Below, piece by piece: positions 27,729-37,810 of a stretch of DNA of 64,000 bases (positions are counted from its first letter, which is position 1; the number at the start of each line of letters is the position of its first letter). The stretch is taken from NCBI GenBank assembly GCA_965198235.1, contig OZ240248.1:3456001-3520000 (forward strand), read 5' to 3'. The notes beneath the pieces are model-generated. The model was not told where the DNA came from. It did no database searches and saw only the letters and a program-made list of their open reading frames with translations. Source of the DNA: Candidatus Poribacteria bacterium (lineage in GTDB: Bacteria; Poribacteria; WGA-4E; WGA-3G). Both the position numbers and the translations under genes were made by a program.

Positions 27729-27880
27729 TAGGACTTACGCAATTTTTCTATGAGCACCTCCGTATGACGCGCCGCTGGCGAGGTGTTTTTGCTTGGGGTT
27801 TTTGATAGGGTGTTTCCTCTGCGGATTTCTGCGGATTTCCCCTAGAAACCTCGCCAGCAATGGATGTTGCGTAAGTCCTG
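27729..27880. mobile_element. MITE (152 bp) with IS701-type TIRs upstream of uvrB
   Basis: TAGGACTTACGCAA ... TTGCGTAAGTCCTG, TAAAA direct repeat on both sides. Confidence 0.88.
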
Positions 27881-27954
27881 TAAAACCTAAAACGCAACAC
27901 AAACCATACAAATTTCTTGTAGTCTTGATGTAGACCACCGCCGGCAACCCCATA

Positions 27955-30045
27955 TTGCAAGGTGATCGAAAACTTGACAAGGAGCAAGAAGCCAAGATGA
28001 GAGAAAATTGGGAATTGCTGACCAAGATTAATGATCCAGAAGATAACATTCCCGAAGTGGATAACCCGCAATTTGAATTAATCTCAGACTTTTCACCCCA
28101 AGGCGATCAGCCGCAAGCCATTGACAAACTCACGGAAGGGCTCCAACGTGGAAACAAAGCGCAGACGCTCCTTGGCGTGACGGGTTCGGGGAAAACCTAC
28201 ACGATGGCGAATGTAATTCAGAACGTCCAATTGCCCACGCTCGTAATCTCACCCAATAAGACACTCGCCGCACAACTTTACAACGAATTCCGGACATTTT
28301 TCCCAAATAACACTGTCCACTATTTCGTCAGCGATTACGAGTACTATCAACCTGAAGCATACATCCCATCCACGGATACCTTTATTGAAAAGGATGTCCG
28401 CATTAACGAAGAGATTACACGGATGCGGCTTGCCTCGACAACGTCCTTAATATCGCGTCGCGATGTTATCGTGGTCGCGAGTGTTTCCTGCCTCTACGGT
28501 CTTGGTTCACCAGATGAATTTGAAAATCAGAGGGTTCAGGTAGCCGTCGGCGATGTTGTTCGGCGTGACGCACTTCTACGAGCTTTAGTCGATATTCAAT
28601 ATGTCCGCAACGATATTGAGTTCTGGCAAGGTGTGTTCCGCGCTCGCGGTGATGTCGTTGAAGTCTTTCCTGCTTATAGTGAGAACGCTTATCGTATTGA
28701 GCTTTTTGGCGACGAGATTGATCGAATTAACGAAATTGATACAACAACCGGAGAGGTGTTGGCACAACGGGATTTCCTTGAAATCTATCCTGCCAAGCAT
28801 TTCATGACCGATGGTGAAATCTTCGATCAGGCGTTAATTAATATTGAACTTGAACTCCAAGACCACATTCTGACTTTTGAGAAAGAGAATAAATTGCTGG
28901 AAGCGCAACGGATTGAACAACGTACCCGCTTTGATTTAGAAATGTTGCGAGAGGTGGGCTACTGCTCCGGTATTGAAAACTACTCACGGCATCTCTCAGG
29001 ATTGCAACCGGGTGATCCTCCGTATTGCCTGATGCATTACTTTCCCGACGATTTTCTTCTTTTTATTGATGAGTCCCACGTAACGATTCCGCAGTTGCGA
29101 GGTATGTATCGTGGTGACCGGTCCCGAAAGGAGACACTGGTCAAGTATGGTTTCCGTTTGCCTTCCGCACTCGACAATCGTCCGCTCCGGTTCGACGAGG
29201 TTGAAGCACGCGTCAATCAAGTTATCTTTGTCTCCGCGACACCTGGTGCCTATGAAATGGAAAACAACGCGCAAATTGTCGAGCAGATTATCCGTCCTAC
29301 TGGACTCATTGACCCCGAAATTACAATACATCCGGTAAGAGGACAGATAGACCATCTCATCGGTAAGATCCACGAGCGCGTCAGGCGTAAACAACGCGTC
29401 CTCGTCACGACGCTTACCAAACGGATGGCGGAAGACTTAACCGAGTATTTGACGGAGGCGGGTATCCGTGCTGACTATATGCATTCTGAGATCGACGTGT
29501 TCGACCGCGCCCGCATTCTGCGTGAACTTCGCGAAGGGGTTTTTGATGTGCTCGTCGGTATCAACCTACTTCGTGAAGGACTTGACCTCCCTGAAGTTTC
29601 TCTCGTCGCAATTCTTGATGCTGACCGACCCGGTTTCCTCCGTTCTGTCAGATCTCTCGTTCAAACCGCTGGACGTGCAGCACGAAATGTTGATGGTGAA
29701 GTCCTCTTGTATGGGGATAACATCACCGCAGCAATGGGAGAGGCGATCAAGGAAACACATCGACGCCGTGAGATTCAACTTCAATATAACACCGATAACG
29801 ACATCACACCGGCGACGATTGAAAAGGCAATTCAGGAACTCATCGCTGAATCAACTGACGAGTATAAGACTAAAAAATCTGACAAGCCTGCTATTGTTCC
29901 GGAAACCGTTGAACCGCAAGATATTGAAGCGATAATTACGGACTTAACGCGGCGGATGCGAAAAGCGGCGTTGGATCTTGATTATGAAGAAGCCGCCGCC
30001 TTACGTGACCAGATTGCTGAACTGAAAGGGCAATCAGCGGAGTAG
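27955..30045 (+). CDS. uvrB: Excinuclease ABC subunit B (true start probably 27997 or 28057)
   Basis: GDQPQAI, LGVTGSGKT, YYQPEAY, DESH, GFRLPSALDNRPL, LLREGLDLPEV, C-terminal UVR coiled coil. Confidence 0.97.
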   Translation: MQGDRKLDKEQEAKMRENWELLTKINDPEDNIPEVDNPQFELISDFSPQGDQPQAIDKLTEGLQRGNKAQTLLGVTGSGKTYTMANVIQNVQLPTLVISPNKTLAAQLYNEFRTFFPNNTVHYFVSDYEYYQPEAYIPSTDTFIEKDVRINEEITRMRLASTTSLISRRDVIVVASVSCLYGLGSPDEFENQRVQVAVGDVVRRDALLRALVDIQYVRNDIEFWQGVFRARGDVVEVFPAYSENAYRIELFGDEIDRINEIDTTTGEVLAQRDFLEIYPAKHFMTDGEIFDQALINIELELQDHILTFEKENKLLEAQRIEQRTRFDLEMLREVGYCSGIENYSRHLSGLQPGDPPYCLMHYFPDDFLLFIDESHVTIPQLRGMYRGDRSRKETLVKYGFRLPSALDNRPLRFDEVEARVNQVIFVSATPGAYEMENNAQIVEQIIRPTGLIDPEITIHPVRGQIDHLIGKIHERVRRKQRVLVTTLTKRMAEDLTEYLTEAGIRADYMHSEIDVFDRARILRELREGVFDVLVGINLLREGLDLPEVSLVAILDADRPGFLRSVRSLVQTAGRAARNVDGEVLLYGDNITAAMGEAIKETHRRREIQLQYNTDNDITPATIEKAIQELIAESTDEYKTKKSDKPAIVPETVEPQDIEAIITDLTRRMRKAALDLDYEEAAALRDQIAELKGQSAE

Positions 30046-30240
30046 TCAGTTTGATAGCGCACCCAGTGCCTTGAATAGGATCTCGGAATTTAAAACTTGT
30101 ATCTCAAAATGTAATCTGCTAAAATTCAATAGCTGATCGTAATTCTAAAACCTGTAACTTCGATCCCCTGGAGGTTAATGATTTTGGTGTTTTGTTAATA
30201 AAATATTAATCTTCTTGAGGAACAGAGAAAGGACTTTGCA

Positions 30241-30498
30241 ATGTTTGTTTGTACAGCTTGTGGCTATTTGTGGAAGGAAGCAGATAGTCCGCCAGATGAG
30301 TGTCCGGCATGCACGGCACCCAAAGAAAAATACATTCCTTACGATGACAGGGCAGAACGTTGGGTCAAGCGCTCCGTTGCGGCACATGTTATGTACCCGG
30401 ACGCAGAAGGTGCAGACCTTCGCGCAGAGAACTCAGCACTCTCGTCTCATATCAGATTTGCCCTTGTTGGGTTACTCGGTGATCTTGAGAAAGGATAA
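30241..30498 (+). CDS. Small rubredoxin-like domain protein
   Basis: FVCTACGY...PPDECPAC.APKEKY; AAGGA RBS. Confidence 0.75.
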   Translation: MFVCTACGYLWKEADSPPDECPACTAPKEKYIPYDDRAERWVKRSVAAHVMYPDAEGADLRAENSALSSHIRFALVGLLGDLEKG

Positions 30499-30504
30499 GA
30501 CCTG

Positions 30505-30538
30505 AAAGGAGTCTCGGCTCTCTAATTGAGGCTCCTTT
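30505..30538 (+). terminator. Probable intrinsic terminator
   Basis: AAAGGAGTCTC…GAGGCTCCTTT hairpin right after the stop at 30498. Confidence 0.55.
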
Positions 30539-30688
30539 CCCTCATTTCTATTGTAATTCCCATTTTTAATTTAAATCTATGTTAAAATGCCAACACCCTT
30601 AGTTTCTGGCTGAGGGTTCTCAACGGAAAGGAAGCGGCATTGCCCAATACCGGGTTCTCTATAGAGTAGAGGTGCCGCAGAATGAAGA

Positions 30689-32206
30689 ATGAAACAGATA
30701 CGTTATCTGCTGATTTTATTTCTCCTTGCTTTGCAGGGGATAGCATCAGCACAGGATCTCTCAGACCGGGTGGTGGAGCACATCTTTCCCAACGGTCTGA
30801 AATTGTTGATGATCAAACGCGACACATCCCCTACCATCGCACCCTATATCCTTTTTAAAGCCGGTTCAGTTGATGAATCTGATGATACGCGCGGTATCGC
30901 GCACATGCTCGAACACATGTTGTTCAAAGGCACTAAAACGATCGGCACAAAAGATTATGAAAAAGAAGAGGTAGTCCTTGCTGAAATCGATCGAATAGGC
31001 GATGCACTCGACATGGAACGTGCAAAAGGTTCCAGAGCAGATGCTGACAAAATAGCCGAATTGGAAGAGGCACTCAAAACGCAACAGGAACTCGCCAAGG
31101 AGTGGATTGTCACCGGCGAATATACCGAAATCTATACGCAGCACGGTAGCACTGGATTCAACGCTGGCACCTCTGTTGACTATACTATTTACACGGTGGA
31201 GTTGCCGTCTAATAAATTAGAGTTGTGGGCAATCCTTGAGTCTGATCGGCTTAAGAACGCTGTCCTACGCGAATTTTATGTCGAACGCGAGGCTGTCAAA
31301 GAGGAACGACGGATGCGTGTTGATACCCGTCCAGGCGGTAAACTCTATGAACAGTTTATCGCTGCTGCCTTTACTGCCCACCCTTACGGTATACCGATTA
31401 TCGGATGGCCCTCGGATATTGCCATGCTAAATCGGCGCAAAGCAGAAGAATTTTTCCGCGTCCACTACGCCCCAAATAACTCTGTCATGGTTATTGTCGG
31501 GAGTATAGACATAGACAACACTATCGCACTTATTGAGAAGTACTTCGGTGATATACCGTCACAGCCACTCCCGCCTGAAGTCACAACTGATGAACTGCCG
31601 CAGGAAGGCGAACGTCGTGTCGAAGTCGAGTTTGATGCCGAACCTCAACTCATGATTGGCTACCATAAACCGACACTCCCACACTTTGACGATTATGTGC
31701 TGGATTTTATCAGTGCGATCCTTTCTGATGGGCGCACCTCTCGGTTTTACAAAAACATCGTTGAGAAGGGGATCGCTATCTCTGCCGATTCACTGAACGG
31801 ATACCCGGGGGCGCGCTACGACAATCTTTTTGTTATAGATGGTGCACCGCGGTCTCCACACACAACCGCCGACGTTGAAGAAGCGATTTACGCCGAGCTC
31901 GAAAAGCTCAAGACGGAACCTGTTGCAGAAAAAGAATTCAAGCGTATCCTCAAGCAGGTGGATGCCAGTTTCATCCGAAATCTCAGCTCGAACGCTGGAA
32001 TGGCACAACAACTCGCCTTCTTTGAAGGGATCGCTGGCGATTGGCGTTATGTGCTACAATGGCGTGAAAACATATATAAAGTTACGCCAGAGGACATCAT
32101 GAGAGTCGCAAAAACCTATTTCACAAAAAGCAACCGCACCGTCGGCACACTCATTAAGAAAGAGGCAGTAGCACCCGCCGGTGAAGATACGGAGGGCAGC
32201 GAATAA
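30689..32206 (+). CDS. M16B zinc peptidase, catalytic subunit
   Basis: Signal peptide, GIAHMLEHMLFKGT (HxxEH), NAGTS.D.T.Y, EERRMR, HPY..P.IGW. Confidence 0.93.
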   Translation: MKQIRYLLILFLLALQGIASAQDLSDRVVEHIFPNGLKLLMIKRDTSPTIAPYILFKAGSVDESDDTRGIAHMLEHMLFKGTKTIGTKDYEKEEVVLAEIDRIGDALDMERAKGSRADADKIAELEEALKTQQELAKEWIVTGEYTEIYTQHGSTGFNAGTSVDYTIYTVELPSNKLELWAILESDRLKNAVLREFYVEREAVKEERRMRVDTRPGGKLYEQFIAAAFTAHPYGIPIIGWPSDIAMLNRRKAEEFFRVHYAPNNSVMVIVGSIDIDNTIALIEKYFGDIPSQPLPPEVTTDELPQEGERRVEVEFDAEPQLMIGYHKPTLPHFDDYVLDFISAILSDGRTSRFYKNIVEKGIAISADSLNGYPGARYDNLFVIDGAPRSPHTTADVEEAIYAELEKLKTEPVAEKEFKRILKQVDASFIRNLSSNAGMAQQLAFFEGIAGDWRYVLQWRENIYKVTPEDIMRVAKTYFTKSNRTVGTLIKKEAVAPAGEDTEGSE

Positions 32207-34353
32207 TGAAGAAACGAACCTTTACCGGGCTGGTCGTCGCGACACTGGTCGCCTGTCTCATTGTAGGGGGTATCCCATCTACATTTGCCAGATCACACGA
32301 AGAACTTACCTTTGAACCGATTGAGTTTAAACCTCCCGTGCCAGAGAAGCGAATGCTCTCAAATGGGGTGACGCTCTACCTTCTTGAGGACCATGAGTTA
32401 CCACTGTTTAACATCAACGGGTTGATTAAAACTGGGAACATCTACGATCCAGCGGATAAGGTAGGTTTATCATCAATATTCGCTACTGTTATGCGAACCG
32501 GCGGTACGGTGTCGCGTGAACCGGACATGTTGAACGAGGAGCTGGAATCTATGGCGGCTTCCGTTGAAGTCGGCATGTCGCGTGAATACGGGACAATTAA
32601 CCTCTCAACACTTGCAGAAGACATCGAAAAAGGATTGGAAATCTTTGCGGATGTACTCAGGAACCCAGCCTTTCGCGAAGATAAATTGGAACTCCGTAAG
32701 CAGCAGGCGGTTGAAGGCATCCGTCGGCGAAACGATAATCCTATCCAACTTGCGTGGCGCAATTTCTCTGCGCTGCTCTACGGAACCGACCATCCATTCG
32801 GGTGGTATTCTGAAATTGAAGGCATAGAGAGTATCACTGCTGACGATCTCAAAGCGTTTCATGCGAAATATTACCATCCCGACAACATGAGGCTCGCGAT
32901 TACCGGCGACTTTGAAACGGAAACTTTGATTGCACAACTGGAAAAGGTCTTTGAAGGATGGGAGTCGGCGGATATTTCCTTTCCCGACGTTCCAACCGTA
33001 GATCCGACTCCGAAACCGTCCGTTAATTATATCTTCAAGGATCTCCCGCAGTCAGTGATGTTAATCGGACATTTCGGTATCAAACGCACACCCGATTTCC
33101 CCGATTTCTTCGCGCTCCGTGTCATGAACGATATTCTCGGTGAAAGTGGTTTCACGTCTCGTCTCATGAGGGAAGTGCGTGAGAAACACGGGCTCGCCTA
33201 TATGGTGGGTAGCATAATGCAGACCACTTATTACACGAATCCAGGGGAATGGTTCGCTTATTCGCAGACCCGTACTGAGAAAACGGCGGAGGCGATTTCA
33301 CTCATTATTGATGTCGTCAAAGGTCTCCGAGATACACCTGTACCGGAAGCAGAGTTGCAGCGCACCAAAGATTCGCTCATCAATTCGTTTGTCTTTGGGT
33401 TTGAGAGCAGCGCGCAAATCGCCTTCCAGCAGATGATGCTCGCTTATCGAGATTATGCACCAGACTTCCTTGAAACCTATACCGATAATATTGCCAAGGT
33501 CACGGCGGCGGATGTGCAGGCAGTCGCACAAAAGTATCTCCATCCGGACGCACTTACGATTGTCACTGTCGGCAATAAAGCCAATTTTGACCGATCTCTT
33601 GATGAGTTCGGTGAGGTTAACGAGATTGAAATAAAGCAACCGGAACCCCCGCCTGCGGAACCGATGCCTGAAGCGAGTGAAGGAGACATGGCGAAAGCCA
33701 AGGGGATTATCGCGGCGGCAGTCGATGCCTATGGTGGACTTGAAAAGCTGCAAGCCGTCAAAAACATTGTTGTGGAAGGTCGCGCTACAGCCAATTCACC
33801 GATGGGACAGATGAACTTGGATGTTAAGGGATATCAAGTCTATCCGGACAAACTGCGGCAGGACATCAAGATGCCTCAGGGCGAAATGAGTTACGCCTTC
33901 GATGGCACCTCTGGATTTGCGATGACCCCTATGGGACCGCAACCTTTACCTCCTGAAATGACGGCTTCCATGAAAGATGGCATTTTCAGAGAACCGATTT
34001 GGTTGCTCGCGAGTCTTATGCAAGACGATAGTTCGATCCAATACGCTGGCACAGAAGAGGTAATGGGAAAATCCGCTGCGATTGTGCTTGTTCCGCAGCC
34101 TTCAGGTGAAATACTCAGAGTTTTCATCAGTGAAGAGACACACTATATCGTGAAAATGGGATTCCGTGAGACAGAACAGGGCGTTGTTGTCAATAAAGAA
34201 ACGCTCTTGGACGATTATCGCGATGTGGATGGTGTCAAAGTGCCGCATCATATTCAGCAAAATGTAGAGGGTGAACTCTTCACCGAAACTCGTTTAAGCA
34301 GCGTCATGTTGAACGCAGAACTCGACGATTCGCTGTTTCAGGAGCCAAAGTGA
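32206..34353 (+). CDS. M16B peptidase non-catalytic subunit with an extra ~230-aa C-terminal domain (LolA-like?)
   Basis: LSNG..LYLLEDHELP, no HxxEH, SRL..VRE..GLAY; Pro-rich linker then a beta-rich domain ending DYRDVDGVKVP…LDDSLF..P. Confidence 0.85.
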   Translation: MKKRTFTGLVVATLVACLIVGGIPSTFARSHEELTFEPIEFKPPVPEKRMLSNGVTLYLLEDHELPLFNINGLIKTGNIYDPADKVGLSSIFATVMRTGGTVSREPDMLNEELESMAASVEVGMSREYGTINLSTLAEDIEKGLEIFADVLRNPAFREDKLELRKQQAVEGIRRRNDNPIQLAWRNFSALLYGTDHPFGWYSEIEGIESITADDLKAFHAKYYHPDNMRLAITGDFETETLIAQLEKVFEGWESADISFPDVPTVDPTPKPSVNYIFKDLPQSVMLIGHFGIKRTPDFPDFFALRVMNDILGESGFTSRLMREVREKHGLAYMVGSIMQTTYYTNPGEWFAYSQTRTEKTAEAISLIIDVVKGLRDTPVPEAELQRTKDSLINSFVFGFESSAQIAFQQMMLAYRDYAPDFLETYTDNIAKVTAADVQAVAQKYLHPDALTIVTVGNKANFDRSLDEFGEVNEIEIKQPEPPPAEPMPEASEGDMAKAKGIIAAAVDAYGGLEKLQAVKNIVVEGRATANSPMGQMNLDVKGYQVYPDKLRQDIKMPQGEMSYAFDGTSGFAMTPMGPQPLPPEMTASMKDGIFREPIWLLASLMQDDSSIQYAGTEEVMGKSAAIVLVPQPSGEILRVFISEETHYIVKMGFRETEQGVVVNKETLLDDYRDVDGVKVPHHIQQNVEGELFTETRLSSVMLNAELDDSLFQEPK

Positions 34354-35129
34354 AAATGCTAAATTTACGCGTCCGCTATTTTCAAGACAGCACCCCGGTA
34401 GATGTACCGTGCCGTGAAACTGCTTTCATTCGGCGTGAGTTTGAAATGCCATTACCAGTTGAGGAGACCGCTTTGGTACTCGTTGATCTGTGGAACGTTC
34501 ATTTCATCGAAAGTTGGATAGAACGTGCAGCACAGGTAACGAAGGAATGTGTCGTCCCTGTGCTGAATGCTGCGCGGGAAGCGGGATTAACGATTGTGCA
34601 TGCCCCCTCTCCGTCGGTAGCAGAGCAGTATCCGCAACTCAAGCGGCACAAGCCGCCTGAACCGTCTATCCCTTCAGCATGGCCTCCCTCCAATTTCCGA
34701 AGTCGCGAGGGGGACTACGCCGTTTATCGCGGTCCTCGGAGTCAACCTCCCAGTATCGATATCCATTGGAACAAACTCGCATCGCAACTCTCTGTCTCCC
34801 CTGCGATTGACGTGAAACCGGAAGAATTTGTTATCGCGACGGGACAGCAGTTACATGAGCTGTTAGAGGAGCGGGGGATCTTACATCTGCTCTTCGCTGG
34901 CTTTGCAACAAACTGGTGTGTATTAGGCAGGGATTATGGGATTCGCTCTATGGCACGGTATGGCTATAATATCATCTTGTTCCGTGATGCCACAACCGGT
35001 GTGGAGTTTCCTGATACCTACGATAACCTGTTCACAACAGAGATCGCCATTCGGGAGGTGGAACAACAGTACGGCTTTAGTGCATCAAACGCCGATTTCT
35101 TTGAGGCAGTTGAGAAACTTCCAGCATAG
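34350..35129 (+). CDS. Isochorismatase-like cysteine hydrolase
   Basis: TALVLVDLW, GFATNWCV, RDATT. Confidence 0.82.
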   Translation: MKMLNLRVRYFQDSTPVDVPCRETAFIRREFEMPLPVEETALVLVDLWNVHFIESWIERAAQVTKECVVPVLNAAREAGLTIVHAPSPSVAEQYPQLKRHKPPEPSIPSAWPPSNFRSREGDYAVYRGPRSQPPSIDIHWNKLASQLSVSPAIDVKPEEFVIATGQQLHELLEERGILHLLFAGFATNWCVLGRDYGIRSMARYGYNIILFRDATTGVEFPDTYDNLFTTEIAIREVEQQYGFSASNADFFEAVEKLPA

Positions 35130-35242
35130 AGTTCTACCGATGGACTCCTATGTTTTACTGTTAGGCGAGGTCTCCGTGCCTCGCCTCTTTTCGTACGGAC
35201 TACCAACGGACTATGGATGTAACGCACGAGGAATGATTCCAC

Positions 35243-35494
35243 ATGAAAGCCAAAAATCTACAAGAATCCCAAAAATTATTGGACTCCGTGAGGGAATATT
35301 TCAATCGAGACGATGAGCTTGATAGCCGCAGAGAAAAGACAGAATACGGTTTGGGAAAGAGCGAGCAGGCGTTTGTTGAGAAGTTTCCGGCGGGCAGCTG
35401 CCTATTAGACATCGGTTGTGCGTCAGGTCGGTTATGCCTTGCACTCGCGCAGCTGAGATACGTTGTCACCGACATTGATGTTGCAGAGAATTAG
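35243..35494 (+). pseudogene. Truncated class I SAM-dependent methyltransferase
   Basis: LLDIGCASGR..LALA...V..IDVA (motifs I-II), then an immediate stop. Confidence 0.65.
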
Positions 35495-35519
35495 AATGAG
35501 AAGGGACGCTTATAGGAAT

Positions 35520-35912
35520 TTATAGAGATTCATTGAACCGTTTGAAGAGTTTATCTCCGTCTTTCGGTGAAATAATTGTAGATTCCTCATTTTTTAAAAA
35601 AACAGATTCAAACTCTTCCGCTGCTAATAAATTGTCAATTGTTTTACAGATAGTTTCTTCAGTAAGCTCTTGGACAATCATCATATCAGATGCCCAGAAG
35701 TACAAGCCGTTGGCGCATTCTCCAGTCTTTTTGTAGTGTTTCATCAAGGTGTCAATATTTTGAAGGGTAAAAAAGACTGCGGAGAAACTCTCACCATTCG
35801 GGAAGGTGACTTGAACGTTGACATTATCGTTGTCGGGGTCCAGAGGGGCGATTCCGCGATAGATTGTTAATTGATAGTCGTTGCGTTGAACAGTTATGTA
35901 AGGTTTATCCAC
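35520..35912 (-). CDS. Hypothetical protein (possible immunity-type protein)
   Basis: 130-aa ORF with DNDNV.V.V.F..G..F.A.FFT…GECANG.YFW.SDM pattern. Confidence 0.6.
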   Translation of the reverse strand: MDKPYITVQRNDYQLTIYRGIAPLDPDNDNVNVQVTFPNGESFSAVFFTLQNIDTLMKHYKKTGECANGLYFWASDMMIVQELTEETICKTIDNLLAAEEFESVFLKNEESTIISPKDGDKLFKRFNESL

Positions 35913-35941
35913 TTTTATTTACCCAAAAATCAAGAATCGTT

Positions 35942-36661
35942 TTAAGAAGCCGAGGTGAATGCCCTTTTGAACTTTCGGAGCAACCGCGTAAAGAGTGCCA
36001 CAGCCCCAGGGTCTTGGCGTTTCGGTGAAAATTGGTAAGTTCCTTTGCCTTCCTCATCATATGATAGTGTATAGACACCTCGTGCATGCCGTCCGATTGC
36101 CATAAGCCCAAAAGCCTGTCCACCGTGGTATCTTTCAGATATATTTTTGGATCCGGTAGCGATAGCAATGACCCCATAGACGTGTGAATACCCGATTGTA
36201 ATCACACCAACAGAAGATATGCCCCCTATAGAGATCACACCACAAGAGCCAAGCCCGCCGATTGCAATCACACCAAAAGAAAAGTTGATGCCAATCGAGA
36301 TAATCCCGACAGAAAAGTTGCCAGCTGAAATGATTCCTGATGAAAATATGCCGTAACTTATGTGAGGAAACCCCAAATCCAACAGCAGATCCCTACTGGC
36401 GTGCCAGATGTCTAAAAAACCGGTGATGTCAACTTTTGTCATCTCTAAATACAATGCGATCATGTATGCCACGAAGGGCGAGCAAGCCACAATCACTAAG
36501 ATTATGAAAGTGGTGTGGAATTTCCGAACGTATCCGTTGAACGTGTTTCGGAAGATTTCCGTGTCAAAGGGATAGTTGTGAAGTTCTTCAGTTTTCGTCT
36601 GCTTTTCTGAAATTTCTGACATCTCTTTTCCCACTGCTAAATGCTGAAAACAATGTCTCAT
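35942..36661 (-). CDS. Membrane protein with Gly-rich (G-[IV]-I-[SA]-I-G) repeats
   Basis: TM helix followed by ~7 repeats such as GIISIG, GVIAIG, GVISIG, GVITIG. Confidence 0.7.
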   Translation of the reverse strand: MRHCFQHLAVGKEMSEISEKQTKTEELHNYPFDTEIFRNTFNGYVRKFHTTFIILVIVACSPFVAYMIALYLEMTKVDITGFLDIWHASRDLLLDLGFPHISYGIFSSGIISAGNFSVGIISIGINFSFGVIAIGGLGSCGVISIGGISSVGVITIGYSHVYGVIAIATGSKNISERYHGGQAFGLMAIGRHARGVYTLSYDEEGKGTYQFSPKRQDPGAVALFTRLLRKFKRAFTSAS

Positions 36662-36693
36662 TTTGATTTATGTAGAATGCAAAGGAGCGGGCT

Positions 36694-36846
36694 TTACTTC
36701 TCCAACTCAATAATTACTGTTGCGCGCTTTTCTGGGGCGAATATACTTGTCGCCAAAAGTTGGATGTCTGCATCCGTTACGCGCTGAACCGCATCATTGA
36801 GTGCTTTACTATCTATCTGCAATTGATACTGCCGACCAATTCCCAT
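36694..36846 (-). pseudogene. 50-codon fragment resembling an M16 peptidase C-terminus
   Basis: AVQRVTDADIQLLATSIFAPEKRATVII resembles the 'VT.EDI.RVA..YF' tails of the M16 pair at 30689-34353. Confidence 0.35.
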
Positions 36847-36882
36847 TTGTTTTTAGATCTTCGTTAGGAGCAATAACAGTGT

Positions 36883-37401
36883 TTATGTAGTTTCTCGATC
36901 GATTTCAGTCAGCGTCTCTTGGATAGATAAATTTAACTGGACTAACTCTTGTTGTAAATCGTATATTTGTTGGCGCAGTATCTTGATTTCATTATGCCGT
37001 TTTTGATCTGTATGTTTACGACGGCGGTACTCAATAAGTTGAGGACGATTCAAACGTAATCGTTGAATATAAAATGTGCTTTCAGGAGTTTCGCCAATGA
37101 GCTCACTGTTCTGTTGTTCGCGAAGATGCAAAGTGAGGTCGTCTTCAAGTGGATGAAGTAAGCGAATGTGTGGGATTTGGATTTCGTGCCAATATGTACC
37201 TTTGTGCTCGTTACATCGGTGGCAACAATAAACAAGGTTCTCATCATCGTTTGTGCCTCCGTGCACTGTTGGGCGATGGTGATCCACCGTCAATGTTGCT
37301 CCAACATCCGATTCATGAACCTCACAATATCCGCAACTGTATACATAACGTTGGCGGATCTTCTCTCGCTGCGATGCATTCATTCTGTCACTTGGTTTCA
37401 A
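36883..37401 (-). CDS. HNH endonuclease with a C-terminal coiled coil
   Basis: CGYC…VDHHRP..HGG….NLVYCCHRCNEHKG, LLHP..D, LRLNRPQL. Confidence 0.9.
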   Translation of the reverse strand: MKPSDRMNASQREKIRQRYVYSCGYCEVHESDVGATLTVDHHRPTVHGGTNDDENLVYCCHRCNEHKGTYWHEIQIPHIRLLHPLEDDLTLHLREQQNSELIGETPESTFYIQRLRLNRPQLIEYRRRKHTDQKRHNEIKILRQQIYDLQQELVQLNLSIQETLTEIDRETT

Positions 37402-37741
37402 TGTATCCTTTTAAGAGGTTTTGACCAGTGAGGCAATAATACTTATCGGCAAGTCGTGCGCGTTTTGATTGGAGTTGCGTCAGATATGCGCGAGCATCGG
37501 TTAGCAGTTGCTTGTGCTCAATAACAATATCTTGCAATTGCGAGACAGTTTCCTCAAGCTCTGCTTTCTCTTCCAGCAGCTGTCGACTCTTTTCCTTTGC
37601 TGGTTTTAACGCTTCTGCTTCCTCAGCATCTAACTCAGCAAAGATGGCTAAAAGTTCTGCTTGCTCTTGTGTTGTCAAAGTTCCTTCTGCTTCGCGGAGT
37701 CGCAACTGTTCTAATCTATATTGTCTGTTTGTGCGTTTCAT
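37388..37741 (-). CDS. Small coiled-coil protein overlapping the HNH gene start
   Basis: 117 aa, helical heptads, 'GTLT..EQAEL' motif; AGGAG RBS; 14-bp overlap with the HNH ORF. Confidence 0.75.
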   Translation of the reverse strand: MKRTNRQYRLEQLRLREAEGTLTTQEQAELLAIFAELDAEEAEALKPAKEKSRQLLEEKAELEETVSQLQDIVIEHKQLLTDARAYLTQLQSKRARLADKYYCLTGQNLLKGYIETK

Positions 37742-37810
37742 GATTATACTCTCCTACGGTTTGGCGATCTAACCCTGTATTAGGTATTCAACGTTTTATA
37801 TTTTTACTTC

